A DNA stretch of 64,000 nt from Oceanispirochaeta sp. GTDB lineage: Bacteria; Spirochaetota; Spirochaetia; DSM-2461. The notes beneath the pieces are model-generated. The model did no database searches and was not told where the DNA came from. It saw nothing but the letters and a program-made list of their open reading frames with translations. Below are positions 37,282-48,020 of this stretch, one piece after another. The DNA is taken from assembly GCA_963663385.2 (NCBI GenBank), contig CAXXXD010000002.1, positions 1,088,001-1,152,000 on the forward strand. Reading direction: 5' to 3'. How positions within the stretch are numbered: position 1 is the first letter of the stretch; the number at the start of each line of letters is the position of its first letter. The position numbers and the translations under genes were made by a program.

Positions 37282-37298
37282 ACATACCTAAGGTAGGT
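37282..37298. promoter_or_regulatory. TetR operator 1
   Basis: ACATACCTAAGGTAGGT immediately before the tetR ATG; near-identical to 37934-37950. Confidence 0.7.
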
Positions 37299-37303
37299 TT
37301 TTT

Positions 37304-37915
37304 ATGAAGGTAACAAAAGAACAGATTATTCAAAAGGCATTATCCTTTTTTGCCGGTAATGATTATGACAGGGCATCTCTCAATGAAATAGCCAAAGCCC
37401 TGGGAATTACAAAAGGCGGTATCTACCACTACTTCGGGAGCAAGGATGAGCTCTTTCATGAATCTGTGCTGTATATGCTGGAAGCGATGGGGCGTCAGAT
37501 GGACGAATCCATGGATATTTCCATTCCCCTCAAGGATATTTTACAACCCTTTTATCAGATTGATGATGTAGCAGCTTTTTATTCCCAGGCCATAGGAGTG
37601 GATCTGCAGGGATCTTACGCCAATCTGGTCTACCTTTTATTCAGTGCGCTGAAAAAATTTTCCGATACCAAGGGAAAGATGGAGTCTATTTATTCCCGGT
37701 ATCTGATCGGGATGGAGATGCTGTTCCGGAACGCCCAGAAAAAGGGCGAAATCCGTCAGGAACTGGATCCGGAAGGGCTGGCATTTGAAATAACGGCATT
37801 TGTGGAAGGAGGAATGCTGATCAGTTCCGTGAGCGAAAATCTTGATGCCAATCGGATCGGAAATCTTGTATTCAGTAATTTCTGGCAGCGTGTTGCTGTG
37901 AATCCTGATCTGTAG
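37304..37915 (+). CDS. TetR/AcrR-family regulator
   Basis: ASLNEIAKALGITKGGIYHYFGSKDELF HTH. Confidence 0.92.
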   Translation: MKVTKEQIIQKALSFFAGNDYDRASLNEIAKALGITKGGIYHYFGSKDELFHESVLYMLEAMGRQMDESMDISIPLKDILQPFYQIDDVAAFYSQAIGVDLQGSYANLVYLLFSALKKFSDTKGKMESIYSRYLIGMEMLFRNAQKKGEIRQELDPEGLAFEITAFVEGGMLISSVSENLDANRIGNLVFSNFWQRVAVNPDL

Positions 37916-37933
37916 GGATTTTTTTAGACAAGA

Positions 37934-37954
37934 ACATACCTTCGGTAGGTATGT
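37934..37954. promoter_or_regulatory. TetR operator 2
   Basis: ACATACC-TTCGGTA-GGTATGT palindrome just before the AAGGAG RBS of the MMPL gene. Confidence 0.7.
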
Positions 37955-37968
37955 GTTAAGGAGTTTTT

Positions 37969-40722
37969 ATGAATCGGTTTAAAGAAAGGATGCTGGTCCG
38001 ATGGGCTGAGTGGTCTGTTGTCCATTATCGTAAATCCCTGATGATCATTCTATTGATAACCTTTTTTTTCGGTACAGGTTTTCCCCTGCTCCAGACAGAG
38101 ATGACTTTCTACTCCATCCTGCCCAAGCATTCCCCTCAGGTGCAGGATCTGAAGCGGATAACAGACGACTTTCCCTCGGCTTCCCAGATCATACTTGCCG
38201 TGGACGCCAGGCATATGGAGGATGCGGACAAAGCGGAGAAGATGGTCAGGGCCACCATTGATGCCCTGATTGCAGAGTTCAACGCTCCTGACTGGGATAA
38301 GTTTCTGGAGGGCGCGACTACCGGGGTGGATACGGATTTTATCCGGGAGCACGGGATGATTCTTTATAAGCCGGAAGATCAGGAGAGGATGGTCCGGATA
38401 TATGAAAACCCCGATCTTCTGCCTTTCATTACCCGTCTCAATGATGATTATGAGAGAGAGTATTCAGGAAACGAGGATAATCTGGAGGATGACGAACAGA
38501 TGGCTATTGCGCAGATTCGCGGTCTTGGCGGCATCCTGTCCCTGATGGACCGCCATCTGCAGGGGGAAGAAATAAGTGAGGGTGAAATAGGGAAGGCTCT
38601 GGACCGTTATTTTTTCGGAGACTCCCATATCCTCAGCAGAGACAACCGCATGGGGATACTGCTCCTCCGGCCTACTTTTACAATGAATGATTTTTTCCAT
38701 CTTGCAGTTATCGATACCATGAAGGAGCGGGCTGCGGAAATTGCCGAAGAATATAATACCCGGGTAGGGCTGACCGGGATGATTGTTGTGGGTAAAGATG
38801 AAATGGCTACATCCGAACAGGGGCTGGGCGTTTCCATGCTGGCGGCCTTTATTCTGATTATTCTGCTCCTGGTTCTGGTGTTCCGTATGAAATCGGTTCC
38901 TTTTATAGCCGGCCTTCCCCTTATCCTGGGGATTCTATGGGCCACAGGGCTTACAGGGCTGGTTATACACCGCCTCAATATTGTAACCGCCATGTATATG
39001 GTTGCCCTGATCGGGCTGGGTATCGATTTTGCCATCCATATTCTGGCCGCGTATATACAGTTCCGGGATGACGGGATGGATTTTCATCCTGCCCTGATTC
39101 ACGCCTACCGGATAAGCGGTTCCGGGATTATTACGGGCGGGTTAACAACAGCCGCAGCCTTTCTGGCTCTCAGCTTTTCAAAAACCGAGATGGTAAGCGA
39201 ACTGGGAATTGTAGCCGGTATGGGAATCCTCTGTGAAATGAGCGCCATGCTTCTGGCTATACCTCCCTTACTGGCAGTTCGGCATAACAGGCTGCTTTCA
39301 AAGGGGAAGGTCGATACCATACACCGGAAGAAAGTTTTTATTTCCTCTTCCCTTACAGGGGGGCTGGGTCATTTGGTCAGTTGCAATTCCGGTAAAGTAG
39401 CTGTCATTCTGTTCATCATAGGGCTGCTTCTGGCAACGCAGGCGGGAAAAGTACGGATTGAAGATAACCTGATGAATATGGAGGCCAAGGGGCTGGAATC
39501 CATAGAACTTCAGGATGTGCTTGTGGATGAATTCGGTATGGCTCCGGACGGTATGTATGTCATACTGGATGATCCGGAAGAGGTGAGCGCTCTGGTGGAT
39601 GCTCTGGACGATCTGGACTCTGTGAAATCAGCAGAGGGAATTTCCTGGTATCTGCCCAGTAAGCAGGAATACACGGAAAGACGCCCCCTTGTGGAAAAGT
39701 TCCGCCGATCTCTGGATGATCTGCCCTCTTCCGGAGCTGTCGATCCGGACTATCTGACAGAAGAGCTGTATCGTCTGGAAATGAATCTGATTGAGCTGGC
39801 GGAAATGGCCTTCCTTTGTAATCTGAACCGTATGAATAATGAGCTGAGCAAGTTGACAGGGTTGGATAAGGACGGGATAAAAAGCTCCGAAAGTGTTATT
39901 GACCGCCTGGTATCCGCCCTTGAATCCTGTCCGGAAGAAGAACTGATTGCCTTTCAGAACCTGATGCGCCCCCAGCTGCAGGAAAGGCTGAAACGTATGG
40001 CTAATCCGGAACGGATTGAAATCCCGATGCTGCCGGAGGTTGTACATGATTCCTATATTTCCCGGGACGGGAAGTCCTATCTGATTTTTATCAATCCCAG
40101 ACAGAATCCATGGGAGGGGGATTTCAGGAATATCCTGACCTCTCAGGTGGCAACGGTTACGGACAGGGGAACCGGGATGATCCTGGCATCGGATCAGATG
40201 AATGAAATGGCCAGAACCGACGGGCTCTTTGCAACCATTATTTCTTTTATCGTTGTATTCCTGCTGCTCCTGTGGGATTTCCGCAATCTGAAACTGACTC
40301 TGTTCTCTTTTATACCCCTGTTTCTGAGTTTTACCAGTCTCTTCGGCATTATGGCTCTGTTCGATATCAAGTTTGATTTTGTAAATATCATTTCCATTCC
40401 CCTGCTGATAGGTATAGGAATAGATGATGCCGTCCATATCAATCACCGTTACCTGAAAGAAGGCCGGGGGAAAATGGAAAGGGTTATTACAGCTACCGGA
40501 ACAGCTGTCCTGTTAACAACACTTACTACAATAATCGGATTCGGTTCCTTTATTCCCAGTATTATGCGGGCCATGAGAAGTACCGGGATAGTCCTGGTGA
40601 TCGCCATGACCCTGGCCTTTATCTACTCGGTTATTCTGCACCCGGCGCTGTTGATTTTAGTCAGAGAGAAACTGGGGTGGTCTATAGATGCCTGGCGTAC
40701 GGGCAAGGAGAAAAAACAATGA
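37969..40722 (+). CDS. MMPL/RND-family transporter (HpnN-like)
   Basis: Two repeats with GLGIDFAIH and GIGIDDAVH, about 12 TM, and large periplasmic loops. Confidence 0.88.
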   Translation: MNRFKERMLVRWAEWSVVHYRKSLMIILLITFFFGTGFPLLQTEMTFYSILPKHSPQVQDLKRITDDFPSASQIILAVDARHMEDADKAEKMVRATIDALIAEFNAPDWDKFLEGATTGVDTDFIREHGMILYKPEDQERMVRIYENPDLLPFITRLNDDYEREYSGNEDNLEDDEQMAIAQIRGLGGILSLMDRHLQGEEISEGEIGKALDRYFFGDSHILSRDNRMGILLLRPTFTMNDFFHLAVIDTMKERAAEIAEEYNTRVGLTGMIVVGKDEMATSEQGLGVSMLAAFILIILLLVLVFRMKSVPFIAGLPLILGILWATGLTGLVIHRLNIVTAMYMVALIGLGIDFAIHILAAYIQFRDDGMDFHPALIHAYRISGSGIITGGLTTAAAFLALSFSKTEMVSELGIVAGMGILCEMSAMLLAIPPLLAVRHNRLLSKGKVDTIHRKKVFISSSLTGGLGHLVSCNSGKVAVILFIIGLLLATQAGKVRIEDNLMNMEAKGLESIELQDVLVDEFGMAPDGMYVILDDPEEVSALVDALDDLDSVKSAEGISWYLPSKQEYTERRPLVEKFRRSLDDLPSSGAVDPDYLTEELYRLEMNLIELAEMAFLCNLNRMNNELSKLTGLDKDGIKSSESVIDRLVSALESCPEEELIAFQNLMRPQLQERLKRMANPERIEIPMLPEVVHDSYISRDGKSYLIFINPRQNPWEGDFRNILTSQVATVTDRGTGMILASDQMNEMARTDGLFATIISFIVVFLLLLWDFRNLKLTLFSFIPLFLSFTSLFGIMALFDIKFDFVNIISIPLLIGIGIDDAVHINHRYLKEGRGKMERVITATGTAVLLTTLTTIIGFGSFIPSIMRAMRSTGIVLVIAMTLAFIYSVILHPALLILVREKLGWSIDAWRTGKEKKQ

Positions 40723-41486
40723 AAGATATATTAAGGAAATTAACCATGATTATTCTGGTTGCAGGTTCGTGTTTTCCGGTTCCGGCAGAATCGGCACAGG
40801 ACATCGTGGAAAAAGCGGACGCCATTTTCAAACACAACCGTATGTATCAGAAAAGCGCTATGACCATTGTCCGGAACGGCAGAGAGCAGCCGGTTCAGCA
40901 GATGGAGTCCTACTATCTGGAGGAAGACGGCATTGACCACACCCTGACACTGTTTCTTGCTCCCCGGAGGGTAAAGGGAACCGCCTATCTCTCTATAGGG
41001 GATGATCTGTGGGTCAGGTTTGCCTCAACCGGGCGTATCCGCAAAATGAGCTCCTCCGCCAAAAAAAACTCAGCCGGAGGGAGCGATTTCTCCTACAGTG
41101 ATATGGGCGAAGGGAATTCCGGTTTCGCCGAAAAGTATAATGTATCCCTGAGCGGGCAGGAGAAGGTTCAGGGAGTCGACTGCTACAGGATTATCCTGAC
41201 CCCCGGCTCCAATGCGGAAGACCTCTATGAGAAAGCAGTCGCCTATATTGCTGTCAGTGACTTCAGTTACAGGCTGATTGAACTATATGAGGACGGAGCC
41301 CATATCAAGACCATGACATTTGATGATTTCAAACCTGTTAACGGGACTCCCTATCCCTATACCGTAAAAATGGAGAGCCTTGCCAGGAATTCCTTCTCGA
41401 TCATAGAAACCCTTGAGCTGGAAGCGGACAGTTTAAAAGTGGAAAACCGGTTTTTCTCCCATTCCTACCTGGAGGCCATCAGATGA
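40719..41486 (+). CDS. Outer-membrane lipoprotein-sorting (LolA-like) protein
   Basis: FLAPRRVKGTAYL, GRIRKM and GSDFSYSD; ATGA overlap with the MMPL gene. Confidence 0.85.
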   Translation: MKDILRKLTMIILVAGSCFPVPAESAQDIVEKADAIFKHNRMYQKSAMTIVRNGREQPVQQMESYYLEEDGIDHTLTLFLAPRRVKGTAYLSIGDDLWVRFASTGRIRKMSSSAKKNSAGGSDFSYSDMGEGNSGFAEKYNVSLSGQEKVQGVDCYRIILTPGSNAEDLYEKAVAYIAVSDFSYRLIELYEDGAHIKTMTFDDFKPVNGTPYPYTVKMESLARNSFSIIETLELEADSLKVENRFFSHSYLEAIR

Positions 41487-42715
41487 GAATCTGCCGTGTC
41501 TTTTTTATTGCCCTGACCATTCTGATCAGCCTGCTTTCCATCTCGCTTCTGCCGGCAGCAACCCTGTACGGAGATGCGGAGAGTTCTGTAAGCTTCAATA
41601 TCCCAGACAGCCGCGAAGACGACCGTTATGAGAGCCTGATTAATCCCGGGAATATTATGGGGTTGGGTGATGTTATGTACAGTCTGGATTCCACTTTTAA
41701 AGTGGAAGACAACAGAGAAGGGGGAAGCTTTACCTTCTGGGTTTCCCTGGAGGATGTTTCCGGTACCGCCGGCACCGGAAACTCTCTGTTTGCCCTGGAT
41801 ATCATGCGGCTGATCTATAACTGGGATATCAGCGACTCCCTCAGGCTAAACCTGGGGCGTCAGGGGTTTCTGACAGGATACGGTTACGGCTGGAATCCTA
41901 TGGATCTGGTCAATCCCGTGAAAGATCCCTCCGACCCCGATCGGGAATTAAAGGGAGTGGATTCCCTGTCTCTTCTCTTTGACCGGGGAGGAGCGTTTCA
42001 GATGGGACTCTTTGCCGCCGTTTCGGGAGAAGGATTGACCCGGGTGGAGTACAATGACCTGCAGGGAGGAGTGAATATGACTTTTCTCATGCCCTTTGCA
42101 GAACTGAAATTCTCCGGTATCACGGGAGAGGAATACGGTATAAGCGGCGGCTTTCTGGCCGATCTTTTCGGAGCCGGTATTTATGGTGAGGCGGCTCTGC
42201 GGGAGACGAGCCGGGCTGCAGTCCCCGTGGCGGCCCCCGGATTCCTGCTGGAAGAGGGAAAGGACCCTGTTTTCTCGGGCCTGGTCGGTGTGGAGTATGT
42301 TTTTCCATCGGAGCTGAGTGTTGTTGCAGAGTATTTTTACAATGGGGAAGGGTATGATAGGAAGGAAAGGAAGAACTATAAAGAGGCTCTGACCTATTTC
42401 AACGACAGTAACGGAGCCGCTGAAGCCGAGTGGTACGCCCTTTTCCGCCCCGGGTATTTTGGGAAGCACTATATGCTCCTGAATCTGTTCTATCCTGTTT
42501 ACAATCTGTGGTCTGAAGCATACCTCACCTGTATTGTCTCTCCCGATTCCGGGACCCTGGCTATTCAGCCGGAATGGACTATCCTTCCAACCGGGAGTCT
42601 GGAAATATCCCTCGCCTGGAGCGGGATTTACAGTTATGATGATGATCTGTACGGCGAGGCCTGGTTTTCTCCTCTCCAGAATACAGCTGTCCTGAAAGGG
42701 GTCTACCATTTCTGA
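41483..42715 (+). CDS. Probable outer-membrane beta-barrel protein
   Basis: Signal peptide, LGRQ...WNPMD, KGVDSL, AEYFYNGEG and terminal GVYHF; typical third gene of MMPL-LolA-like operons. Confidence 0.7.
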   Translation: MRICRVFFIALTILISLLSISLLPAATLYGDAESSVSFNIPDSREDDRYESLINPGNIMGLGDVMYSLDSTFKVEDNREGGSFTFWVSLEDVSGTAGTGNSLFALDIMRLIYNWDISDSLRLNLGRQGFLTGYGYGWNPMDLVNPVKDPSDPDRELKGVDSLSLLFDRGGAFQMGLFAAVSGEGLTRVEYNDLQGGVNMTFLMPFAELKFSGITGEEYGISGGFLADLFGAGIYGEAALRETSRAAVPVAAPGFLLEEGKDPVFSGLVGVEYVFPSELSVVAEYFYNGEGYDRKERKNYKEALTYFNDSNGAAEAEWYALFRPGYFGKHYMLLNLFYPVYNLWSEAYLTCIVSPDSGTLAIQPEWTILPTGSLEISLAWSGIYSYDDDLYGEAWFSPLQNTAVLKGVYHF

Positions 42716-42768
42716 AAAAACACTCTGTTTAATTGCGATTTCACCTATAACTGTACTAGAATTGGTAT

Positions 42769-45453
42769 ATGCATTTGTTAACAGGTGATTATAGATGGTG
42801 TAATCAGGGGTCGGGAAAATCTCTCAGGCAGGAAGGATCTCTAAATACCCTTGGGGTGTTTTATTGCTCCCCTTGGAATATCTCCTGTTTCTTTCTGACA
42901 ATTTTACTTTTATCAGCTTGTTTAACCGCAGGAGCGCAGTCGTTGAATCCCGAACCCGGGCTGATCGATCTGAGATTTCATGATTTTAAAACGGATCCTG
43001 TTCTGGGATTGAATGGACAGTGGCTGTTTTATCCGGGCTTTGACAGTGATAAGTCCCGAAAAATTGAAGTACCCGGTTCCTGGAGAAAATCCGGTCTGCC
43101 CGAGCAGGGCTGCGGGACCTATAGACTGCGGGTTCTGCTTCCTGAAGAAAAACCTGACTTTGCTTTGAAGTTCGGTAGTCTCTATACTTCTGCTGTTATC
43201 CGGATTAACGGAAGGGAAGAGATACGGATAGGGCAGCCCGGGAGTTCTGAAGGGGAATCCAGTCCTCACTGGGTTCCAACCCTGCTTGAGCTTTCCGGTG
43301 AACAGCCCGGTGAACTCCTGCTGGAAATTGATATGGCTAACTACACCCATGTACGGGGCGGGATCATTACCCCTGTTCTTCTGGGGAATGCCCGGAATAT
43401 GAAAGCCGGCTGGGAAATCAGCCGTATGCTGGAAATGATCTTTATGGGAATTATCCTGTGGATGGGGATCTATCATTTCAGTATTTTCCTTCTTCGCAGC
43501 AAGAGTTCTCTTGAATCTCTCTTTTTTGCCGTTGCCTGTCTGCTTTTCGGTTTACGACTCCTTTTTATAGGGGATTTCCAGATCTCTTCTTTCTATACGG
43601 TTGGAGTGTGGGCTCTCTTTTTAAGGATTGAATATCTCCTATATGTATGGTCTGTCTATTTCTTTATAAAATTCCTTTCATTGATGTATCCGGAAGAGTT
43701 CTTCAAGCCTATAGTGACGCTGTTCCTTATTATAACCATTTCCTATGCAGGGATCATCCTTCTGTCGCCCTCTGCCTTCTACACATCCCTTCTGCCGGGG
43801 CATCAGCTGACAGTGGTCATTTCCATGCTTATGAGTATTTTCTTTCTTGCCAAAGCGGCCATTCACAGAAGAAGCGGAGCAGGGCTTATTCTGTCCGGGA
43901 TGGTGTTCCTTATTCTGACAACAGTAAACGATGTGCTGCATTATAATGTGCAGATTATTCAATATAATACTTCGATAATAGGCACAGTTGTGTTTATGAT
44001 TATAGACTCCTATGTTCTGGCCCAGCTTTTTTCACGGAAATTTGCCGAAGTGGAAGAACTGTCCAGTAATCTGAGAGAAACCAATGCGGAGCTGGCCCAG
44101 TCCCGCTATGAAATAGAGAAGAAAAACAGTGAACTCCGTCTGTTGGCCAGCTCGGATCATTTAACCGGACTTCCCAATCGTATGGCCCTGTTTGAGCTGG
44201 TGGACAGGGAACTGGCAAGAGCTGTCAGAAATGGAAGTCAAGTGGGTGTTATTCTGGTGGATCTGGATAATTTCAAGCAGATTAATGATAACTACGGTCA
44301 CGACAGGGGGGATATGCTCCTTTGTGAATTCTCCCGTCAAATGAGGAGGGTTCTCAGAAAAAGTGATACCATATTCCGTCTGGGAGGAGATGAGTTTACA
44401 GTAATCGTTCCGGATCTGACCGAATCGGAGAACCTTATTCTGGTGGCTAAAAAGATAATGGATGTGCTGAAAGACCCGATTGAACTGGATTCCCTTCGCT
44501 GTTCTGTCAGTACCAGTCAGGGGATCAGCCGTTTTCCGGATGACGGGGATTCTGTTCACACCCTGCTCAAGAATGCGGATATAGCCCTGTATGAAGCCAA
44601 AAGACTGGGACGCAGCCGGTTTGTCTGTTTTGACAAACATATGCAGAAAATGGCAGAAGATCGTTTTACTCTGATCAGCCGGATGCCCGACGCCCTGGAA
44701 AACGGTGAGTTTGAACTGTATTTTCAGCCGCAGATGGATATGAAGGATTACACTCTCTACGGGCTGGAAGTCCTTATCCGCTGGAATGAGCCGGAGCTGG
44801 GATTTATCCCGCCTCCCGTATTTATCCCGTTAATGGAGGAGTCCGGTTTTATCAATGTTCTGGGTGAGTGGATCCTTGAACAGGCTCTGATAAAAACGCT
44901 CCCATGGGTCGAAAAGAATAAGGATCTACTTATCAGTGTGAATCTCTCATCCGTTCAATTCAACTCTCCGGATTTTCTGGATATCCTTGATTTTATTCTT
45001 GTAAAAACAGGGTTCCCTCAGGCGAGGCTTGTCCTGGAGCTGACCGAGAGTGTGATAATGCATGACAGTGAGAAAACCCTGTTTCAGCTTCAGGGAATAA
45101 GAGACCGGGGCGTGCAGATTTCTGTGGATGATTTCGGAACAGGGTACTCGTCACTGAGTTATCTGAAACGGTTTCCTCTGGATCACCTTAAGATCGATAA
45201 GTCTTTTATCAGCGACCTCTTCTCGACTCAATTCGATAAGGATATTGTCAGTACGATTATTGATCTGGCTGGTATTCTGGGGCTTGAGGTTATTGCCGAA
45301 GGAATCGAGACAGCAGAGCAGCAGGCTTTTCTTGAATCCCGGGGGTGTTTTATCATGCAGGGCTATCTTATGGGACGACCCGCTCCGGAACAGGACATCG
45401 AAAAACTTGTTAAAGACAGGGATGGTGTTAAGGAGTTCCTGCAGATGCTTTAG
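42769..45453 (+). CDS. 7TM-DISM sensor with GGDEF and EAL domains (start uncertain)
   Basis: Jelly-roll LNGQWLFY..VPGSW..GTYRL, 7 TM, DHLTGLPNR, RLGGDEF, EVLIRW and DDFGTGYSS. Confidence 0.88.
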   Translation: MHLLTGDYRWCNQGSGKSLRQEGSLNTLGVFYCSPWNISCFFLTILLLSACLTAGAQSLNPEPGLIDLRFHDFKTDPVLGLNGQWLFYPGFDSDKSRKIEVPGSWRKSGLPEQGCGTYRLRVLLPEEKPDFALKFGSLYTSAVIRINGREEIRIGQPGSSEGESSPHWVPTLLELSGEQPGELLLEIDMANYTHVRGGIITPVLLGNARNMKAGWEISRMLEMIFMGIILWMGIYHFSIFLLRSKSSLESLFFAVACLLFGLRLLFIGDFQISSFYTVGVWALFLRIEYLLYVWSVYFFIKFLSLMYPEEFFKPIVTLFLIITISYAGIILLSPSAFYTSLLPGHQLTVVISMLMSIFFLAKAAIHRRSGAGLILSGMVFLILTTVNDVLHYNVQIIQYNTSIIGTVVFMIIDSYVLAQLFSRKFAEVEELSSNLRETNAELAQSRYEIEKKNSELRLLASSDHLTGLPNRMALFELVDRELARAVRNGSQVGVILVDLDNFKQINDNYGHDRGDMLLCEFSRQMRRVLRKSDTIFRLGGDEFTVIVPDLTESENLILVAKKIMDVLKDPIELDSLRCSVSTSQGISRFPDDGDSVHTLLKNADIALYEAKRLGRSRFVCFDKHMQKMAEDRFTLISRMPDALENGEFELYFQPQMDMKDYTLYGLEVLIRWNEPELGFIPPPVFIPLMEESGFINVLGEWILEQALIKTLPWVEKNKDLLISVNLSSVQFNSPDFLDILDFILVKTGFPQARLVLELTESVIMHDSEKTLFQLQGIRDRGVQISVDDFGTGYSSLSYLKRFPLDHLKIDKSFISDLFSTQFDKDIVSTIIDLAGILGLEVIAEGIETAEQQAFLESRGCFIMQGYLMGRPAPEQDIEKLVKDRDGVKEFLQML

Positions 45454-45461
45454 TTCCCCGT

Positions 45462-47030
45462 TTATTTTATATCGGGGTAACGCCGCTGAACTTCTCTGAG
45501 GGCATCTTTGTTTTCAAGTACCAGATCTATCAGATCAGGATCAAAGGATTCTCCCTTTTCCTCTTCCAGGTAGGTGAAGATACTCTCATCGGACCAGGCT
45601 TCCTTATAGTACCTTTTATTGGCCAGAGCATCATACACATCGGCTATGGCGGTTACCCTGGCAGTCCAGGGGATTTCATCTCCCTTTAAACCGGCGGGAT
45701 ACCCCTTCCCGTTCCATTTCTCATGATGCCCGAGTGCAATCTCGGCTGCCATTCCTATGGTCGGAATGGAAGACGTATTGAGTATTTCATGTCCGATTCT
45801 GGTATGATCCTTGATTTTCTCAAATTCCTGATCCGTCAGTTTTCCCGGTTTCTGCAGGATACTGTCGGGTATGGCAATCTTTCCTATATCATGAACAATA
45901 CTGGCTATACTGATTTCATCACAAAATGCGTTATCCCTGCCGGATTTTTCTGCAATAAGCCTGACGGTTTCGGATACCCTTCTAACATGAAAACCTGTTT
46001 CTCCGTCCCTGTACTCAATTGTTTCACCCAGCATCATAATAATATGCTGCATGGCATCCATCATGTTCCGGTTCATAAACAGACGATCAAAGGCAAATGT
46101 GAAATTCGTCAGAAATACACGGATCAGGTCTTCACTCAGTTCGTTCAGCCGGCCTTCCAGGTAGATCAGATTACGGGACCCATGGAACCCCTTGTAATAC
46201 CCTATGAAAAAATCTTCATAGCGGCGGTAGAAAAATGTTCTGTTCTCAACCTGCTCCATTACCTGGGAGAAAGGGATCCGATGTTCAACTTCCTGCAGGA
46301 ACTTATTTTCACAGGATTCGTACTTGCCCGTGGCGGAAAGGATTCTAAACTCATCCTCCTTGCTGTAGGCGATGAATCCGCTCTCCTGATTGATCGGGTC
46401 GGCACTGGCCATAAAAGAGTCATTTTGAAAATTTCTGATGCTGTTCAGCTGCTTCAACAGGCCAGAAAAAAAACTGGAAAGATTATCATGGTTATATAAA
46501 TCGGAAGAAGATTCAATAACTTTCTCCAGACCTCTTTTATGATCTTCCAGTTTTTTGAGATCCCGGTAATTTCTGAGTGCTGTATATAAGGTGGTGATGA
46601 ATTTCTGTGCCGTCAGTTCCGATTTGGATCTGTAATCATTGATATCGTATTCGACAATAACCCTTTCTTCAGGAGCAATTCCGGGCTGACCGGTTTTCAG
46701 GATGATGCGGGTCATGCTGTTCTGAAGAGTTTCCCGCGTATATTCTACAACCTGAAGACCCGAGGTATCCTGTTCCATCACCACATCCAGGATAACTACG
46801 GCAATGTCCTTCTCTTCCTTCAGAAGCCTCATGGTTTCTTCGCCGCTGTAGGTATCAAAAAACTCTATTCCCGCGCCTTCCAGCCGGAAATCTCCCAGAA
46901 CCATCTTGGTAACGGTATGAACATCCCTGTCATCGTCGGCAATAATAACTTTGTATTTGTATCCGGATTCGGTCATGACTTTTTTCTTTTTAGACGCAAA
47001 TCTGATCGGCCGGGATGTCTCGGTACTCAT
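45462..47030 (-). CDS. Response regulator receiver-DUF3369-HD-GYP phosphodiesterase
   Basis: IIADDD, ILDVVME, TGQPG.APE, HDIGK, HHEKWNGKGYP and ADVYDAL. Confidence 0.9.
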   Translation of the reverse strand: MSTETSRPIRFASKKKKVMTESGYKYKVIIADDDRDVHTVTKMVLGDFRLEGAGIEFFDTYSGEETMRLLKEEKDIAVVILDVVMEQDTSGLQVVEYTRETLQNSMTRIILKTGQPGIAPEERVIVEYDINDYRSKSELTAQKFITTLYTALRNYRDLKKLEDHKRGLEKVIESSSDLYNHDNLSSFFSGLLKQLNSIRNFQNDSFMASADPINQESGFIAYSKEDEFRILSATGKYESCENKFLQEVEHRIPFSQVMEQVENRTFFYRRYEDFFIGYYKGFHGSRNLIYLEGRLNELSEDLIRVFLTNFTFAFDRLFMNRNMMDAMQHIIMMLGETIEYRDGETGFHVRRVSETVRLIAEKSGRDNAFCDEISIASIVHDIGKIAIPDSILQKPGKLTDQEFEKIKDHTRIGHEILNTSSIPTIGMAAEIALGHHEKWNGKGYPAGLKGDEIPWTARVTAIADVYDALANKRYYKEAWSDESIFTYLEEEKGESFDPDLIDLVLENKDALREVQRRYPDIK

Positions 47031-47083
47031 GAACCCTCCAAGATCTTAATATAACATATTCCAGGGGGCAATTCCAATGAATC

Positions 47084-47965
47084 TCATGTATATATTCTTT
47101 TCCCGGTATTATACCCGTTCAGATAAAGAGCAAGGAAAATTATCCCGACTCCGCCTATTGTACGCAATTTAAACTGATCCAGAAGAATAATATCCATGAG
47201 GGTTCCAATAAGAATCTGTCCGATAAAGAGCAGTATGGCGCTTTTAAGTACTGAGACTTTTTTCAGGTTGCTGTTCATGCCGAATACCAGAAGCGCTCCC
47301 AGCAGACCTCCCGTACAGGCGGGAATCGGGATTTTAGTTCCTGCCGGAGACAGGGGGATTGAAGGGGCCAGGATCCTGAATATACCCAACAGGATCAAAC
47401 CTGTCATCAAACCCATCAGGAAGTTCATCATAGTTCCTTTTTTCAGGCCGATCCGGGAACTCAACTCTGCATTGAGGATCAGGTTCGCCTGGTTTACAAT
47501 CCCCGAAAATGCAGCCATTACCACAGGAATAAGCTGCAGATGGAAGTCGTCGGTCATTGCTATGATTCCTCCGAAGGCAACAATGACCGCTGCCAGACGG
47601 GGGAGTGTAAGGGGCTGTTTCTTCCAGCTGAAAAGGCCGATGGAATCTACGATCAGTGCTGCCAGGAGCTGGCCGCTTATCATAAGGGAGACAGTCATGG
47701 AGGCGCCCAGTCTCTGTATGCAGTAAGCCCCCGAGAAAGTCATGAATATTCCGAACGCACCCGCCAGGTATAGGTAGAAGGGGGCATCTTTTTTGTCTGC
47801 AGGGGGGGTCCTGTCGATCAGCCAGGCGGCTGCAGTCGGTACAAGACCGATGGTATGGATTATCAGGATGGCCGGGAGCTGTCCTGCCGCCGAGGCCAGC
47901 ATGGTGTTGGCTGTCAGCATGGCTGTGGTTAATCCGCCCAGCAATAGAATAATAATTGTATCCAA
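47084..47965 (-). CDS. DMT-family transporter (double YdcZ-like)
   Basis: Two repeats (YLAGAFG...GQL..ALIVD / TGGLLG...GQI..GTLMD); about 10 TM. Confidence 0.75.
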   Translation of the reverse strand: MDTIIILLLGGLTTAMLTANTMLASAAGQLPAILIIHTIGLVPTAAAWLIDRTPPADKKDAPFYLYLAGAFGIFMTFSGAYCIQRLGASMTVSLMISGQLLAALIVDSIGLFSWKKQPLTLPRLAAVIVAFGGIIAMTDDFHLQLIPVVMAAFSGIVNQANLILNAELSSRIGLKKGTMMNFLMGLMTGLILLGIFRILAPSIPLSPAGTKIPIPACTGGLLGALLVFGMNSNLKKVSVLKSAILLFIGQILIGTLMDIILLDQFKLRTIGGVGIIFLALYLNGYNTGKRIYT

Positions 47966-48020
47966 GGATTACCTTCCTTTTTTAATAGCCTCATCATGGA
48001 GGATGGATTATATTTACTGT

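Noticed and set aside
42812..42842. AAATCTCTCAGGCAGGAAGGA resembles the 3' end of a glycine riboswitch aptamer
   Set aside because: The 5' GGAGA and GCCGAAG elements are absent, and the gene context is unrelated.
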